Source: Gemmatimonadaceae bacterium (GTDB lineage: Bacteria; Gemmatimonadota; Gemmatimonadetes; Gemmatimonadales; Gemmatimonadaceae). From it: a stretch of DNA of 64,000 bases. The stretch spans positions 149,897 to 213,896 of the forward strand of contig JABAQJ010000002.1 of NCBI GenBank assembly GCA_019186945.1, written 5' to 3'. Positions 1 through 9,564 of this stretch are shown piece by piece (position 1 is the stretch's first letter; each line of letters begins with the position of its first letter). Made by a program: the position numbers and the translations under genes. The notes beneath the pieces were generated by a model. It saw nothing but the letters and a program-made list of their open reading frames with translations. It was not told the DNA's origin and ran no database searches.

Positions 1-664
1 GGTTCAGCAACTGCCGTAGGGAGATCTCCGCCAGTTCACGGTTGCTGCGCGCCTGAAGGAGCGCGGGCTCCAGGTTCGCTCGCTCCACACGCGAACGCAG
101 GACATCGAAGCGAGCCACCCGCCCAGCGCGCTCCAACTGCTCGATCTGAGCCACCCGGTCATCGGCCAGCTTGACGCTGCGCTCCTGAATCTCGACCAAC
201 TGGCGTGCCAGCAACGCCAGCAGGTACGAACGCTGCGCGGCAACAGACAGCTGGTCGCTCACCTCACGCTCCTGAAACCGTGCGGCGCCACGCAGTTGCG
301 ACGCCGCACGCATACCCGCCACCAGACGTCCGCCCTGAAACAGCGTCTGCGAAAACACGGCACTGGACGTGTAGCTGAACGGCTGGCCGAAAATCTGGTT
401 CACGATCTCCGCACGCGCGTTCTTGATGACCTGATTGTACGACGAGTTGACACGTACCTGCGGCAGCGCCGTTGCCCGTGCAGTCGTGATCTGTGCGTCC
501 GCGACGGCAATCTGCGCCGCGGCGATGCGCGCGTTGTCGCTCGCTGTCATGGCGCGCTTCACCGCGTCGTCCAACGTCAACCGTAACGTGTCTCTCGACT
601 GTGCACTCGCGACAGGTACCGCCACAAGCGTAAGCAGTGTCAAGCGGATAAGTATGGTCTTCAT
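1..664 (-). CDS. TolC/OprM-family outer membrane efflux protein, 5' (N-terminal) part only; gene continues past the left window edge
   Basis: Hand translation of the reverse strand from ATG at 664 runs to position 1 with no stop: MKTILIRLTLLTLVAVPVASAQSRDTLRLTLDDAVKRAMTASDNARIAAAQ... This is a signal peptide followed by the canonical outer-membrane efflux protein opening. It is absent from the ORF track because no stop codon lies in the window. Confidence 0.7.
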   Translation of the reverse strand, partial: MKTILIRLTLLTLVAVPVASAQSRDTLRLTLDDAVKRAMTASDNARIAAAQIAVADAQITTARATALPQVRVNSSYNQVIKNARAEIVNQIFGQPFSYTSSAVFSQTLFQGGRLVAGMRAASQLRGAARFQEREVSDQLSVAAQRSYLLALLARQLVEIQERSVKLADDRVAQIEQLERAGRVARFDVLRSRVERANLEPALLQARSNRELAEISLRQLLN

Positions 665-865
665 GCAAGCCCGAAAAAATGCGTGACCGCCGCAACCTTG
701 GCGGTGCGACGGTCTGGAGAAGCGTCGAAACGGAGCGAAGCGGAACGACTCGCCAACCGACGATCGTGGCCGCGGGCTACGCTCGTCTACCAATACGTGG
801 CAACTGTCTCGGCCGTTCGGACCGATGCTCCTATTGCTGAAGCCTGGATGGTCAGACCTGCTCGC

Positions 866-1573
866 TCAGCGCGCTCGACTGGGATCGCCAACGGAGAAGA
901 ACCGTCGATCGACCCAGCCTTCGATGCCCCCGGCTTTCACGCGATGCCAGCCGTCTTGTACATCGCCAAGTCGGACGCGCATATCGGGCGAGATGACGGC
1001 AACTATGCCGGCCTCACGACTTGGGGCAGAGCGGACGTTCGCCCACGTGATGGCTGTGGCCGTGATCCAGCGGATCTCGGCTAAGCTCGAATCTCCGGCC
1101 GGAGCCTGGATGCCCGTATCCGCCACAGACGTCGGCGTGTCCGGGTTCGCGGCAACCGCAGGTGCAGCGGCACTGTCAGCAGCAGCATTGGTCACGCTCA
1201 ACGCTTCTCCGGCAGTCGGAATCTGCGAAACGTCGGTCGTCTGGCCAGCGGGCACGTTCTCCGTCATCGTGCTCGCGTCGGCGCGATAGCGCGCCAGTCC
1301 CCATGCACCCACCCCAACCGCAGCGGCACCTGCGATTGCGATGCCGATGATCCAGAGGAACGGCGCGAGACGAACTCCACGGGGTGCCGTCGGCCCGCAC
1401 CACCTACAGGCACCGCTCGAAGACAGGTAATAGCTGTCGCACCCACGACAGTGACTCAGCGGAACCGGATTGCCCCTGGTGTCCCTCAGGCCGAGGAGAT
1501 GTCCGCACTTCGGACACTGCGAGGCGGCCAGAAGGGCCTTCGATCCGCAGGCCTCGCATCGTACGTAGCGCAT
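866..1573 (-). CDS. zinc-ribbon / transmembrane / SH3b-domain protein
   Basis: N-terminal CxxC...CxxC pairs (RCEACG, CPKCG, CRGC, CRWC), one hydrophobic helix, and a C-terminal bacterial SH3-like segment (ITWANVRSAPSREAGIVAVISPDMRVRLGDVQDGWHRVKAGGIEGWV). Confidence 0.5.
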   Translation of the reverse strand: MRYVRCEACGSKALLAASQCPKCGHLLGLRDTRGNPVPLSHCRGCDSYYLSSSGACRWCGPTAPRGVRLAPFLWIIGIAIAGAAAVGVGAWGLARYRADASTMTENVPAGQTTDVSQIPTAGEALSVTNAAADSAAAPAVAANPDTPTSVADTGIQAPAGDSSLAEIRWITATAITWANVRSAPSREAGIVAVISPDMRVRLGDVQDGWHRVKAGGIEGWVDRRFFSVGDPSRAR

Positions 1574-1738
1574 GTCGTTACATCAGAGGGAAAAGGGCTT
1601 CCGCCGGAAAGGCGGCGGGCAGAACCCGAGCATGGCGAGCACGATGAGTTCGCAGTAGTTGGACAGACTATCGCGGAAAGTCCCGACGCACGCAGACCAG
1701 CCGCTCGAATAGGCGGCCGGCTCGCGCACTCTGACAAT

Positions 1739-3049
1739 TTACATCTGCAACAGCGGAGCGTACTGGAGGCCGAGCACCAGAACGATAGCGATGACCGTAA
1801 GTCCGCCGATGACATAGAGCCTGAAGGCTCCTCGTCCCACCACGAGCGCGATCGCACCCTTGAACACGGTGTTCGAGAGGATACCGACCACAAGGCTGCG
1901 AGCGGCCATGTCTCCGAGAGTTGATTCAGCGTCGCCGCTCGTCATGGCGATCGTTAGTGCATCCATGTTCGTAAGCCCCAGGAGGATTGCGCTGGCCGTA
2001 ACGCCGGCATTGCCGATCCAGCCACGCATGAGCGCCAGCGCGCTGATCGCGATCTGGAAGAACACAGCCATCTCGATCGCTGACCGCAATCGGAGTGGGC
2101 TTTGTTCATCCGGGATCTGAGGTGACGGCGCTCCCGGGCCGGATGGCGTACGCTTGAGGGCGAGCCAGGTCGCCAGCGCAGCGGCGACAGCCAGCGGGGC
2201 AAGGTATGGCAACAGCTGCATCGCCACTCGCGGATCCAGCATGGCGCTGACGGCAGCTACCCTGAAGGGAAGCACGGTGCAAGCGCCGACCACTCCGAGT
2301 GCCAGGGCGACGTCATGCTCCGGCTCCTCCCTGCTCTTTCGCGAGAACCGGAGGGTGACCAGCGTGGACGACACGATGCCGCCGAGTAGTCCCGTCAGGC
2401 CATACCCACGACTTGCCCCGACTGCCCGTCGAGCGAGATAGGCAGCGAAGTTGAGCCCCGAGAGCAGCAACACGAGGCTCCAGAGCAATCGCGGACGGAA
2501 CTCGAAGTAAGGGAGGAACGGCCCCTCGGGAAGTGCCGGGAGCACCACCAGTGCCAGCACGGCGAACTGCAGTCCGGCCCGCATTTCCTTCTCACCGATC
2601 CGGCGAACCAGCCAGTGCAGGCGCTGTTTCTCGCCCAGCGCGAATACGACGACAGCAACGGCACCAGCGGCCAGAGCCTGTTGTCCCAGACCTGCCAGCA
2701 TTCCCAACGCCAGTACCACCATGGCCGCCGCCTCCGTGGTGCCATCGAGCGGTGCGTCACCCCGGCGTTCGGCCATGATGTAGGCCGCCACCACCAGTGC
2801 CGCAGCACCGGCGACGAGTGCAACCGCGGCTGCCGTGTAGGACCATTCCAGCAGCAGCCCCGACGTGCCACCGACTAACCCGAGGAGGAGGAAGGTTCGC
2901 AGACCGGCGAAGCGCGCGTGAGGGCCCGAAGCGTGCCCCGACCACTCCCGTTCGATACCAACTGCGAGCCCGACCAGCGCGGCCATGGCCAGTCGTACTG
3001 CCACGGCCAGCGTTGGACCGGTATCGTCGATGGCTTGCATCTTCATCAC
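1739..3049 (-). CDS. MgtC/SapB-family plus DUF4010 integral membrane protein
   Basis: N-terminal AVGIEREW motif typical of the MgtC family, followed by many hydrophobic helices in a 436-aa ORF. Confidence 0.6.
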   Translation of the reverse strand: MMKMQAIDDTGPTLAVAVRLAMAALVGLAVGIEREWSGHASGPHARFAGLRTFLLLGLVGGTSGLLLEWSYTAAAVALVAGAAALVVAAYIMAERRGDAPLDGTTEAAAMVVLALGMLAGLGQQALAAGAVAVVVFALGEKQRLHWLVRRIGEKEMRAGLQFAVLALVVLPALPEGPFLPYFEFRPRLLWSLVLLLSGLNFAAYLARRAVGASRGYGLTGLLGGIVSSTLVTLRFSRKSREEPEHDVALALGVVGACTVLPFRVAAVSAMLDPRVAMQLLPYLAPLAVAAALATWLALKRTPSGPGAPSPQIPDEQSPLRLRSAIEMAVFFQIAISALALMRGWIGNAGVTASAILLGLTNMDALTIAMTSGDAESTLGDMAARSLVVGILSNTVFKGAIALVVGRGAFRLYVIGGLTVIAIVLVLGLQYAPLLQM

Positions 3050-3101
3050 ACCTCAGGGAACCCGCGCATCGAGCGCGGCAGGCAGCCTGCGGCCGCTTCA
3101 G

Positions 3102-4991
3102 CTAGTAGCGCCAAGTCACTGTGTCCGCGCCGGCGGGTGCCGTCTTCAACCAGTGATCTCGCATCTTCTTGAGGAAACGGGAGTGATAAGTGAGGCGGGT
3201 GAATGCATTCGCGGCCGTGGTGTCACCACTGAAACAGTGCTCGTTCTTGACCCCATAAACGATCCTGGCGTCCGACGGGGGGTTCTTGACCTTCGCCAGG
3301 AAGTCCTCCGCGAAATAGACGGCGTTCGTGAGGTAGACGTTGTCATGCGCTCCGGAATAGATCTCGATCTTGCCTCGCAGCTTGGGGCCAAGCGTTGCCC
3401 AATCGCGGCGCATGATGTTCACAAGGTCGTAGTTGTCTCGCCAGTACGCGGCAACTGTCTTGTCGATGCTACCCGTCCGCTTGTCCCAGATGCGCTTGGG
3501 ATATCCGTCGTCCCCTCGCGGGGAGAACACGGCTTCCCAGATATCGTACTGGCCTCCGGACCGTGACTTGTCGCCCAGGACCAGTTCGCGCAGGTTCGCC
3601 TGGCGCGTTGTTGCGCGTACGTGGCCGAAGTTGTCCCGATGTGCCGGGCGTTCGCTGCGACGGAACGGCCCGCCATCGTACCAGTAAGCGTTGTCGTCCT
3701 CATACAGGTTCGTCGTCAGGTAGCCGCGAAAGTCGATCGGATCCGGGCAGCTGGCGAACGCTCCGTTGTAGTTGTCGGGATAGAACACCTGAGACGCCAA
3801 CACTTCCCAACCGCCGGTCGACCCGCCGTAGAGGGCGCGGGCCCATCCCCGGCCGATCCCACGGAAAGTCCTCTCGACGTATGGTATCAGCTCGTTGTTG
3901 ATCGCGTCGCCGTAGGGTCCGAGGTTGGCGCTGTTTACGGCGTAGGAGTCGTCGTAGTACGGATTCGCGTGTTGTATCGTCAGCAGCAACACCCTCGGGA
4001 ATCCCGGTGACTGCCACTCACGGTAGAAGGCGTATTCGTATTCTGCCAGTACCCGGTCGTAGCCGAACTTCGTGCACCAGTTGCCTTCGTGGCCGTTGGC
4101 GCAGTACTTCGCGATCGAGTCGGGATCGTACGCGGGTAGCGACGGATCCGGCGGCGTGGTGCGCCAGCCATTCACCGTCGGCTGGAAATGGCCATGAAAG
4201 ACCGCCAGCGGATAGCGCGCGTCCGGGTGCGTGTCGAATCCTTCCGGCAAAACGACGATCGCGCCCAGGTACATGTCGCGCCCCCAGAACTTCGAGAGCA
4301 ACTCGCTCCTGATGCGGACGTGTTTAACATACCGGGAATCCGGAACCGGTACGACAGGTGGGTTCTTCCTCGTCATGACCACGCGCACAGTGTCGGTGCT
4401 GCCGGGATCCAGGCGGAGTTTCACCGGCTCGCTGAACAGGTTCCCCGGCGCGGTTGCCCACTGCTGTCCCTCACCGCGATCCATCGGCAGCTTCACCACC
4501 TTCCCGTCGGCACGCGTGAACGTCTCGTAGAGGTGGAGTAGCCCTTGCACCCAGTATTCGCCGGGAGGTAACTCGCCGAGCTGCTCGAGCGGGTATCCGA
4601 GCGTAGTGGCATCGATATGGACGGCAGCTCCGGCGCGCAACCCGTCCACGTCGACACCGAACATCTGCGCTGTATTGTCGAAATCGCTGGTGAGGTACCT
4701 CGGCTCCGGCATCGTGCTTGCCAGCCGGACACCGGCCGGGTCGCTCGAGAAGTGTGCGCGCCGGCCGCGCTCGTCCGCGGCGATGAACAACAGCATGCGA
4801 CCGTCGACCGGCGCGGTTCCAAGCGCGGAATCGAACGATACGGCGATGGTGAGCCTGGCGGGCGCTGACGGTGTAACGGGACTCGAGCGGGCAGCAGGCG
4901 ACGCCTGCTTGCAGCTGGCGATCAAGGCAGCTCCGACAATGACTGCCAGAGGCGTCGCGTGCGCGGCGCCCGGAACACGACGACGTGTCAT
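3102..4991 (-). CDS. esterase-family (PF00756-like, enterochelin-esterase-like) secreted lipoprotein, paralog A
   Basis: Lipoprotein signal (LIASC). Motifs YPLAVFHGHF and GGSTGGW (GxSxG) fit the putative esterase fold. Clearly paralogous to the ORF at 14022..15701, with shared blocks such as PGEYWVQ/PGTYWVQ, GEGQQW/WEGQQW, FPRVLLLT/FPRVLVVT, DDSYAVNS/DDSYVVNS and YWRDNYDL. Confidence 0.6.
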   Translation of the reverse strand: MTRRRVPGAAHATPLAVIVGAALIASCKQASPAARSSPVTPSAPARLTIAVSFDSALGTAPVDGRMLLFIAADERGRRAHFSSDPAGVRLASTMPEPRYLTSDFDNTAQMFGVDVDGLRAGAAVHIDATTLGYPLEQLGELPPGEYWVQGLLHLYETFTRADGKVVKLPMDRGEGQQWATAPGNLFSEPVKLRLDPGSTDTVRVVMTRKNPPVVPVPDSRYVKHVRIRSELLSKFWGRDMYLGAIVVLPEGFDTHPDARYPLAVFHGHFQPTVNGWRTTPPDPSLPAYDPDSIAKYCANGHEGNWCTKFGYDRVLAEYEYAFYREWQSPGFPRVLLLTIQHANPYYDDSYAVNSANLGPYGDAINNELIPYVERTFRGIGRGWARALYGGSTGGWEVLASQVFYPDNYNGAFASCPDPIDFRGYLTTNLYEDDNAYWYDGGPFRRSERPAHRDNFGHVRATTRQANLRELVLGDKSRSGGQYDIWEAVFSPRGDDGYPKRIWDKRTGSIDKTVAAYWRDNYDLVNIMRRDWATLGPKLRGKIEIYSGAHDNVYLTNAVYFAEDFLAKVKNPPSDARIVYGVKNEHCFSGDTTAANAFTRLTYHSRFLKKMRDHWLKTAPAGADTVTWRY

Positions 4992-5070
4992 CAGGTTCGC
5001 TCCGTTCGCGAGGACGAAGGCGGCTAACGATGTGCGCCGGCCGACGCGAACGGAAGACGAGTCGCCCTGC

Positions 5071-8000
5071 CTATTTCACATTCACTACGATCGTCTTCGT
5101 ATTGTTCCCGGGCTTCGACTCGGGATTGGGCGCGGCGATGCGGAGCGTCAGCGTATAGTTGCCCTTCGCGAGCGTCGTGAAGCGCATCAGGCTGAAGGTC
5201 GCGGATGAGTTCCCCGCCAGCGCTGGCCGTTGGCACGCCGTAATTCCGGAAGTCAAGGTCGCGCAACGATCGCCCTTGAATGTCGAGCGGAACTTGACGC
5301 CAGCGACCGGATCCATGGTGATGGCAAGATCTGGCGCCAGGGCCGACCCGCCATTGCGGTACGTGATCGTGAGTGTGAATTGATGGCCCGTCGGTCCACC
5401 GGTCCCCGATGTGTAGGTGATCGTGCCGAGCTGCATGTCCGTCACCGGTGGTGACGGAAGGATCGCAATATCCAGCTTCGCTTGAGGAGAGATCGCGCCC
5501 TTCCTGTCCGATGCACTGTATGTCACCGAGGCAGGGCCAGTGCCCACAGGCGTGTAGTAGATCTGGTCGTGAAAGGCCGAAGCGACGCCTTTCGACGGTG
5601 CGCCGACCGAATACAGCATGATCGAATCGCCCTCCACATCGCTGTCATTGGCGAGGACACCAACCATGATTTTCCAACCCTTCCAGGTTGTTGCGGTATC
5701 GTTGACGACGAACGGCGCGTCGTTGACCGGATAGACGGCAATCGCCACCGAGCCGCTGGCAATTCCGCCCTGACCGTCCGCCACCGTGTAGCTGAATCCA
5801 TCCGGCCCACTGTAGTTCGCCGCCGGCGTATAGGTGACCGTCGTTCCTCCACCCGTGATCGTGACGCTGCCATGCGCAGGATCGGTTAGCTGCGCGATCG
5901 TGAGCGCGTCGCCATCGATATCGCTGTCGTTGAGGAGCACGGCAATCTCCACTGGCGTATCCTCGTCGATCGTCCGGTCATCGTTCGCGACCACCGGTAC
6001 GTCATTGACCGATGTGACGGTTACCGTGACCGTACCGGTCGCTTCTCCACCCACGCCATCGGACACCACGTAACTGAACGTGTCCGTTCCGTTGAAATCC
6101 GCCTCCGGCGTGTAGTCGATGCCCGATCCGTTCTGCACAGCCGCTCCATGGATCGCGGCCGATATGGACAAGATCGTGAGGACGTCTCCATCGGCGTCGG
6201 AATCGTTGGCGAGGACCGGCACATACACGCCAACGTCCTCCGCAGTAGTGGCTGCGTCGTCGGACGCCTGCGGAGTGTCGTTGACCGGGCTCACGGTAAC
6301 CGACACGTCGGCGCTGCTCACCCCGCCCGCTGCATCGCTGACGGTGTAACTGAAGACGTCCGACCCGCTGAAATCCGCGTTCGGCACGTACGTAACCGTG
6401 GAACCGGCTCCCGTGACAGTGACCGATCCGTGTGAAGGTGTCGTGACCGCGCTGACGAAGAGCGAGTCGTTCTCGACGTCCGTGTCGTTCGCCAGAACCT
6501 GGATTTCGATCGATCCGTCCTCGAGCACGCTGGCCTGGTCCGGCAGGGCAGACGGAGGCGCGTTGTCGTTGTCGGCGATGAGCACGGTCATCGACACGGT
6601 CTGTCCGTCGAACGCGACGTCGCCACTCGCAGCCGCGTGCACCACCACGCCACTGTGCGGGCCCTCGAATGCGCCGTCATCCACCGCCTGTACGGAATAC
6701 GTCTGCGGGAGCGCGGCAGATTCCACCGTGAACACGTGGGTCGCGGGAGTTGCAGTCACTTGGCCATCCGGCACCGTAGTGATAGCCACGTCGGCAGTGG
6801 GAAACGCACCAAGGCAGACGGAATACGTGGCGGCGGCTCCGCCTTCGGCCACGCTGCCGGGAGCGCCGACGAGGTTGATCGGCGTCGTCGGGTCGTATCC
6901 CGCCAGACGCAACACGCCCGACACGAAGCCCGCGCGCCACGCACGGGCAGGCGCGATAGGCCCGTCGACCATGGCGAACATGCCGGAGGCGACCCCACCG
7001 ATCGTCAGTACGTCGATCGTCTCGCCGCAGACGCCACCAGTGAATGCCGGTGCCGTCACCACCTCCAGGACGCCATCCAGCGACGCGTCGCGCGCGATCG
7101 ACAACCGATCGTACTCCGTCGAATCGGCGATCCCGGTGACGTCCAGGCGCAACCTGCTCGTGGCATCCTGCACGAACGTACCGATCGAGAGTGCGCCGAC
7201 CGGACTCCCTGGCAGCACGAGGCCGCCCGAACTGCTTGCAACAACGTCGACAAAGCCGTCGCCCGCCAGCGTACCACCGCGCACATCGATGGTGACGTCA
7301 TTCACGACACCGGTGGCGAGGCTCGCGAACGTGACGCCCGGCGGCACGACGACCGGCAGTCCGGCCGCGCCATTGACGAGCCCCGCGTTCGTGAACTCAC
7401 CACCTGCGACATCAATGGCCAACGACGAACCCAGCGTGACGGTTCCACCGTTCTCGGCGCTCATGGATAGCTGGATCACGGACGTTCCCTCGTCACCAGC
7501 AAGGATCGTCCCGGCGTTGATCAGCGGACCGCTGCCCGTAAGCTGCAACGTATCCCCGGGAGCGGCTCGCAGGATCAGCGTTCCTGCCACCAGCGGGCTG
7601 GAGCCAAACGCGATCGAGCTGTGCGTCGCGCCCTCGTCGCCATGCAGATCGAGTGTCGTCGCCGATCCCAGGTTGCCGGTCACCGTGACCGGGAAGGCGT
7701 GGCGGGCGCCAACGGCGATAGCGGCCCCGGACGTCTGTGGGGCGCCAAGCGTCAGATTAGCCCCCGACAGCTGAAGGATCGCCGATCCCTGCGAATCGAC
7801 GCCCAGCACGCCGTCATTGTAAATCACATCGCCCGACAGAACCGTCATCCGTCCCTCGCCGTACAGCGCCCCAGCATGCCAAGTGACCGATGGCGTGCCC
7901 ACGCCGCTCGGGACAATCAGCTCTCCACCGGCGTCGATCTGCACCGCCCCCGCAGATGTATTCGTGAACGTACCGTCCGCGCCGCCGAGCGTGACCGTCG

Positions 8001-8571
8001 TCGCCACATGAACGACACCGTGATTCGCGACGCTGGCCGCGATCGCATCCAGATCGCCACAGGTCGGGCACGATCGCTCGGCGAAAATGATGCCGTCATT
8101 GTCGATGCCACCAGCGGAGCGAAGCTGAATGCCTGCATTCGGCGACGCACGCAGGCGCAATTCGCCATTCGCCCGAATGTCGATTCCGCTGGCAGCGCTC
8201 AACACGAGCGAGTTGCCACCCAATATCAGCGTCGCTCTGCCTGTCGCGGGGCCCAATTCCAAACCCGCGATCGCGACTGCCGTGGAGTCGTCGTCTCGGT
8301 TCAGCAGGATGTCGTACGTGCCATCGACGTCGACGCACACAACCGCGGTGTCCACCGGCACCTCCGGCGGCGACCAGCGCGCTGGATCGTTCCAGTCGCC
8401 CGAAACCGCGGCCAACCAGCGATGCGTACAACCGAGACCTTGAAGGCCGCTTGCACCGTGCGACGTGAACTGGACCGGATCGCGTGCGGTGTTCTCGACA
8501 GGCGTCGTGGGTTCGCTACACCCAACGACGACTGCAAGAAGCGCGATCCTGATTCTCCGCTGTTCGACCAC
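5071..8571 (-). CDS. giant repeat-rich adhesin-like surface lipoprotein (beta-helix-like repeats, four tandem cadherin-like/Ig-like repeats, C-terminal DUF11/CARDB-like domain)
   Basis: GTG start with lipobox (LAVVVGCS). The N-terminal half is full of G/T/S-rich beta-strand repeats. The middle has four ~95-aa repeats, each beginning V-N-D-x-P with ...ANDSD.DGD... and ...YTP...F.G.D.FSYTV.D. The C-terminal ~130 aa resembles a DUF11-like domain. The long plus-strand ORFs inside it are antisense artefacts. Confidence 0.7.
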   Translation of the reverse strand: MVEQRRIRIALLAVVVGCSEPTTPVENTARDPVQFTSHGASGLQGLGCTHRWLAAVSGDWNDPARWSPPEVPVDTAVVCVDVDGTYDILLNRDDDSTAVAIAGLELGPATGRATLILGGNSLVLSAASGIDIRANGELRLRASPNAGIQLRSAGGIDNDGIIFAERSCPTCGDLDAIAASVANHGVVHVATTVTLGGADGTFTNTSAGAVQIDAGGELIVPSGVGTPSVTWHAGALYGEGRMTVLSGDVIYNDGVLGVDSQGSAILQLSGANLTLGAPQTSGAAIAVGARHAFPVTVTGNLGSATTLDLHGDEGATHSSIAFGSSPLVAGTLILRAAPGDTLQLTGSGPLINAGTILAGDEGTSVIQLSMSAENGGTVTLGSSLAIDVAGGEFTNAGLVNGAAGLPVVVPPGVTFASLATGVVNDVTIDVRGGTLAGDGFVDVVASSSGGLVLPGSPVGALSIGTFVQDATSRLRLDVTGIADSTEYDRLSIARDASLDGVLEVVTAPAFTGGVCGETIDVLTIGGVASGMFAMVDGPIAPARAWRAGFVSGVLRLAGYDPTTPINLVGAPGSVAEGGAAATYSVCLGAFPTADVAITTVPDGQVTATPATHVFTVESAALPQTYSVQAVDDGAFEGPHSGVVVHAAASGDVAFDGQTVSMTVLIADNDNAPPSALPDQASVLEDGSIEIQVLANDTDVENDSLFVSAVTTPSHGSVTVTGAGSTVTYVPNADFSGSDVFSYTVSDAAGGVSSADVSVTVSPVNDTPQASDDAATTAEDVGVYVPVLANDSDADGDVLTILSISAAIHGAAVQNGSGIDYTPEADFNGTDTFSYVVSDGVGGEATGTVTVTVTSVNDVPVVANDDRTIDEDTPVEIAVLLNDSDIDGDALTIAQLTDPAHGSVTITGGGTTVTYTPAANYSGPDGFSYTVADGQGGIASGSVAIAVYPVNDAPFVVNDTATTWKGWKIMVGVLANDSDVEGDSIMLYSVGAPSKGVASAFHDQIYYTPVGTGPASVTYSASDRKGAISPQAKLDIAILPSPPVTDMQLGTITYTSGTGGPTGHQFTLTITYRNGGSALAPDLAITMDPVAGVKFRSTFKGDRCATLTSGITACQRPALAGNSSATFSLMRFTTLAKGNYTLTLRIAAPNPESKPGNNTKTIVVNVK
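5463..6600 (-). repeat. four tandem ~285-bp repeats encoding cadherin-like (VNDxP...ANDSD.DGD) domains within the adhesin gene (approximate bounds)
   Basis: The protein shows four consecutive ~95-aa units with the same motif register. Coordinates were back-calculated from residue positions about 658-1036. Confidence 0.5.
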
Positions 8572-8639
8572 AACCCCCTCCGCACCGGCGCAGAGCGGGC
8601 CTCGAACACGATTCCGCCCCCGCCACCCGAGACACTAAT

Positions 8640-8655
8640 TGTGACCCCCGTCACA
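8640..8655. promoter_or_regulatory. CRP/FNR-family-type palindrome TGTGA-N6-TCACA upstream of the adhesin gene
   Basis: Exact TGTGACCCCCGTCACA, centred about 76 nt upstream of the GTG at 8571, with an AT-rich TAATTACACT just beside it. Confidence 0.3.
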
Positions 8656-8712
8656 TAATTACACTGCGTTACAGGTCACGCAATGGGGAGTTGCGGCAGA
8701 GCTCGCTTTCGA

Positions 8713-8946
8713 TCAAGCGTTAGGCATCTTCTTTCTGACGGCGCCGATGACCACACCCGCCGCCGCCATCGCGCCCGCGACCATTCCGGCCTTGACCGCC
8801 TCTCTCCCCACCGTCGTCACTGCCTTCACATTCTTGCGCACCGTCTTTCGGCCAACGGCAGCCATCACCTGGGTCTCCGCCTTGTCCAGCGCACGACGCG
8901 CGGTTCCCTTCCCCTTCTTCGCCAGCTTCCTCATGAGTGGTGACAT
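8713..8946 (-). CDS. small basic protein with a C-terminal hydrophobic helix (hypothetical)
   Basis: 77-aa ORF with a Lys/Arg-rich N-half and a hydrophobic tail (MVAGAMAAAGVVIGAV). It could instead be noise, since an antisense ORF overlaps it. Confidence 0.3.
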   Translation of the reverse strand: MSPLMRKLAKKGKGTARRALDKAETQVMAAVGRKTVRKNVKAVTTVGREAVKAGMVAGAMAAAGVVIGAVRKKMPNA

Positions 8947-9180
8947 CGGTCAGTCCCCCTTGCTGTTGTGAAAACTCGGTTTCGTGACGAATGATGGCGA
9001 CGCCCCCGGCAGACTCGCATCCCGACCGCTAGCACGACGTCGGCGGATGCCTTGCTTCGATGGGCATCCCGCGCCTTCGGCAGATTGGCACGACTGGCCC
9101 GATCCAAACAGCGACGGCATGAACTCGCAGCGCTGCCGATCGTTCAGCGAACCAGCCCGGCTGCTGGTAACGGGCGGCGA

Positions 9181-9564
9181 CTACCTTTGCTCGACCGCAC
9201 TCGCCTTGAGCGAGCGCACGATGAAGCCCAGTCCACCGGCCATCAGGACGAGCATCACCAGCGTATCGAACAGCGAAGTTGGGCGGAAGTAGATGTTCAT
9301 GTTGGTCAGGATGCCGGCGAGAATGATCGCAGCCCCCACCAAAGTGAGCAGCCACCCACCGGTGGACCGTCCGTTGAAGAACAGCATCCCGATGCCCACC
9401 AGCAGCGGCAGCAACGAAAGGCCGAACGCACTCATGCCGAACAGCTGCCAGACCCCGCTCGCCACCGTGACGTGCGTGAGCAACAGGTAGCAGCCAACCG
9501 CAAGCATAACGAGTCCGCTCAGAAACATGCCCGCGCCGCCTGGCGTTCCGCCTGCACCTCTCAT
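9181..9564 (-). CDS. small 4-TM integral membrane protein (hypothetical)
   Basis: Strongly hydrophobic 127-aa ORF with four predicted helices and no Arg bias, unlike the overlapping spurious ORFs. The true start may be the internal M (MFLSGLV...) near 9528. Confidence 0.45.
   Translation of the reverse strand: MRGAGGTPGGAGMFLSGLVMLAVGCYLLLTHVTVASGVWQLFGMSAFGLSLLPLLVGIGMLFFNGRSTGGWLLTLVGAAIILAGILTNMNIYFRPTSLFDTLVMLVLMAGGLGFIVRSLKASAVEQR

Noticed and set aside
6398-8658. Long plus-strand ORFs (458, 277 and 345 aa) inside the adhesin gene
   Set aside because: They are antisense to the 1166-aa repeat protein and have a Pro/Arg/Ser-rich composition with no motifs. The adhesin frame is the only one with a signal peptide and domain repeats.
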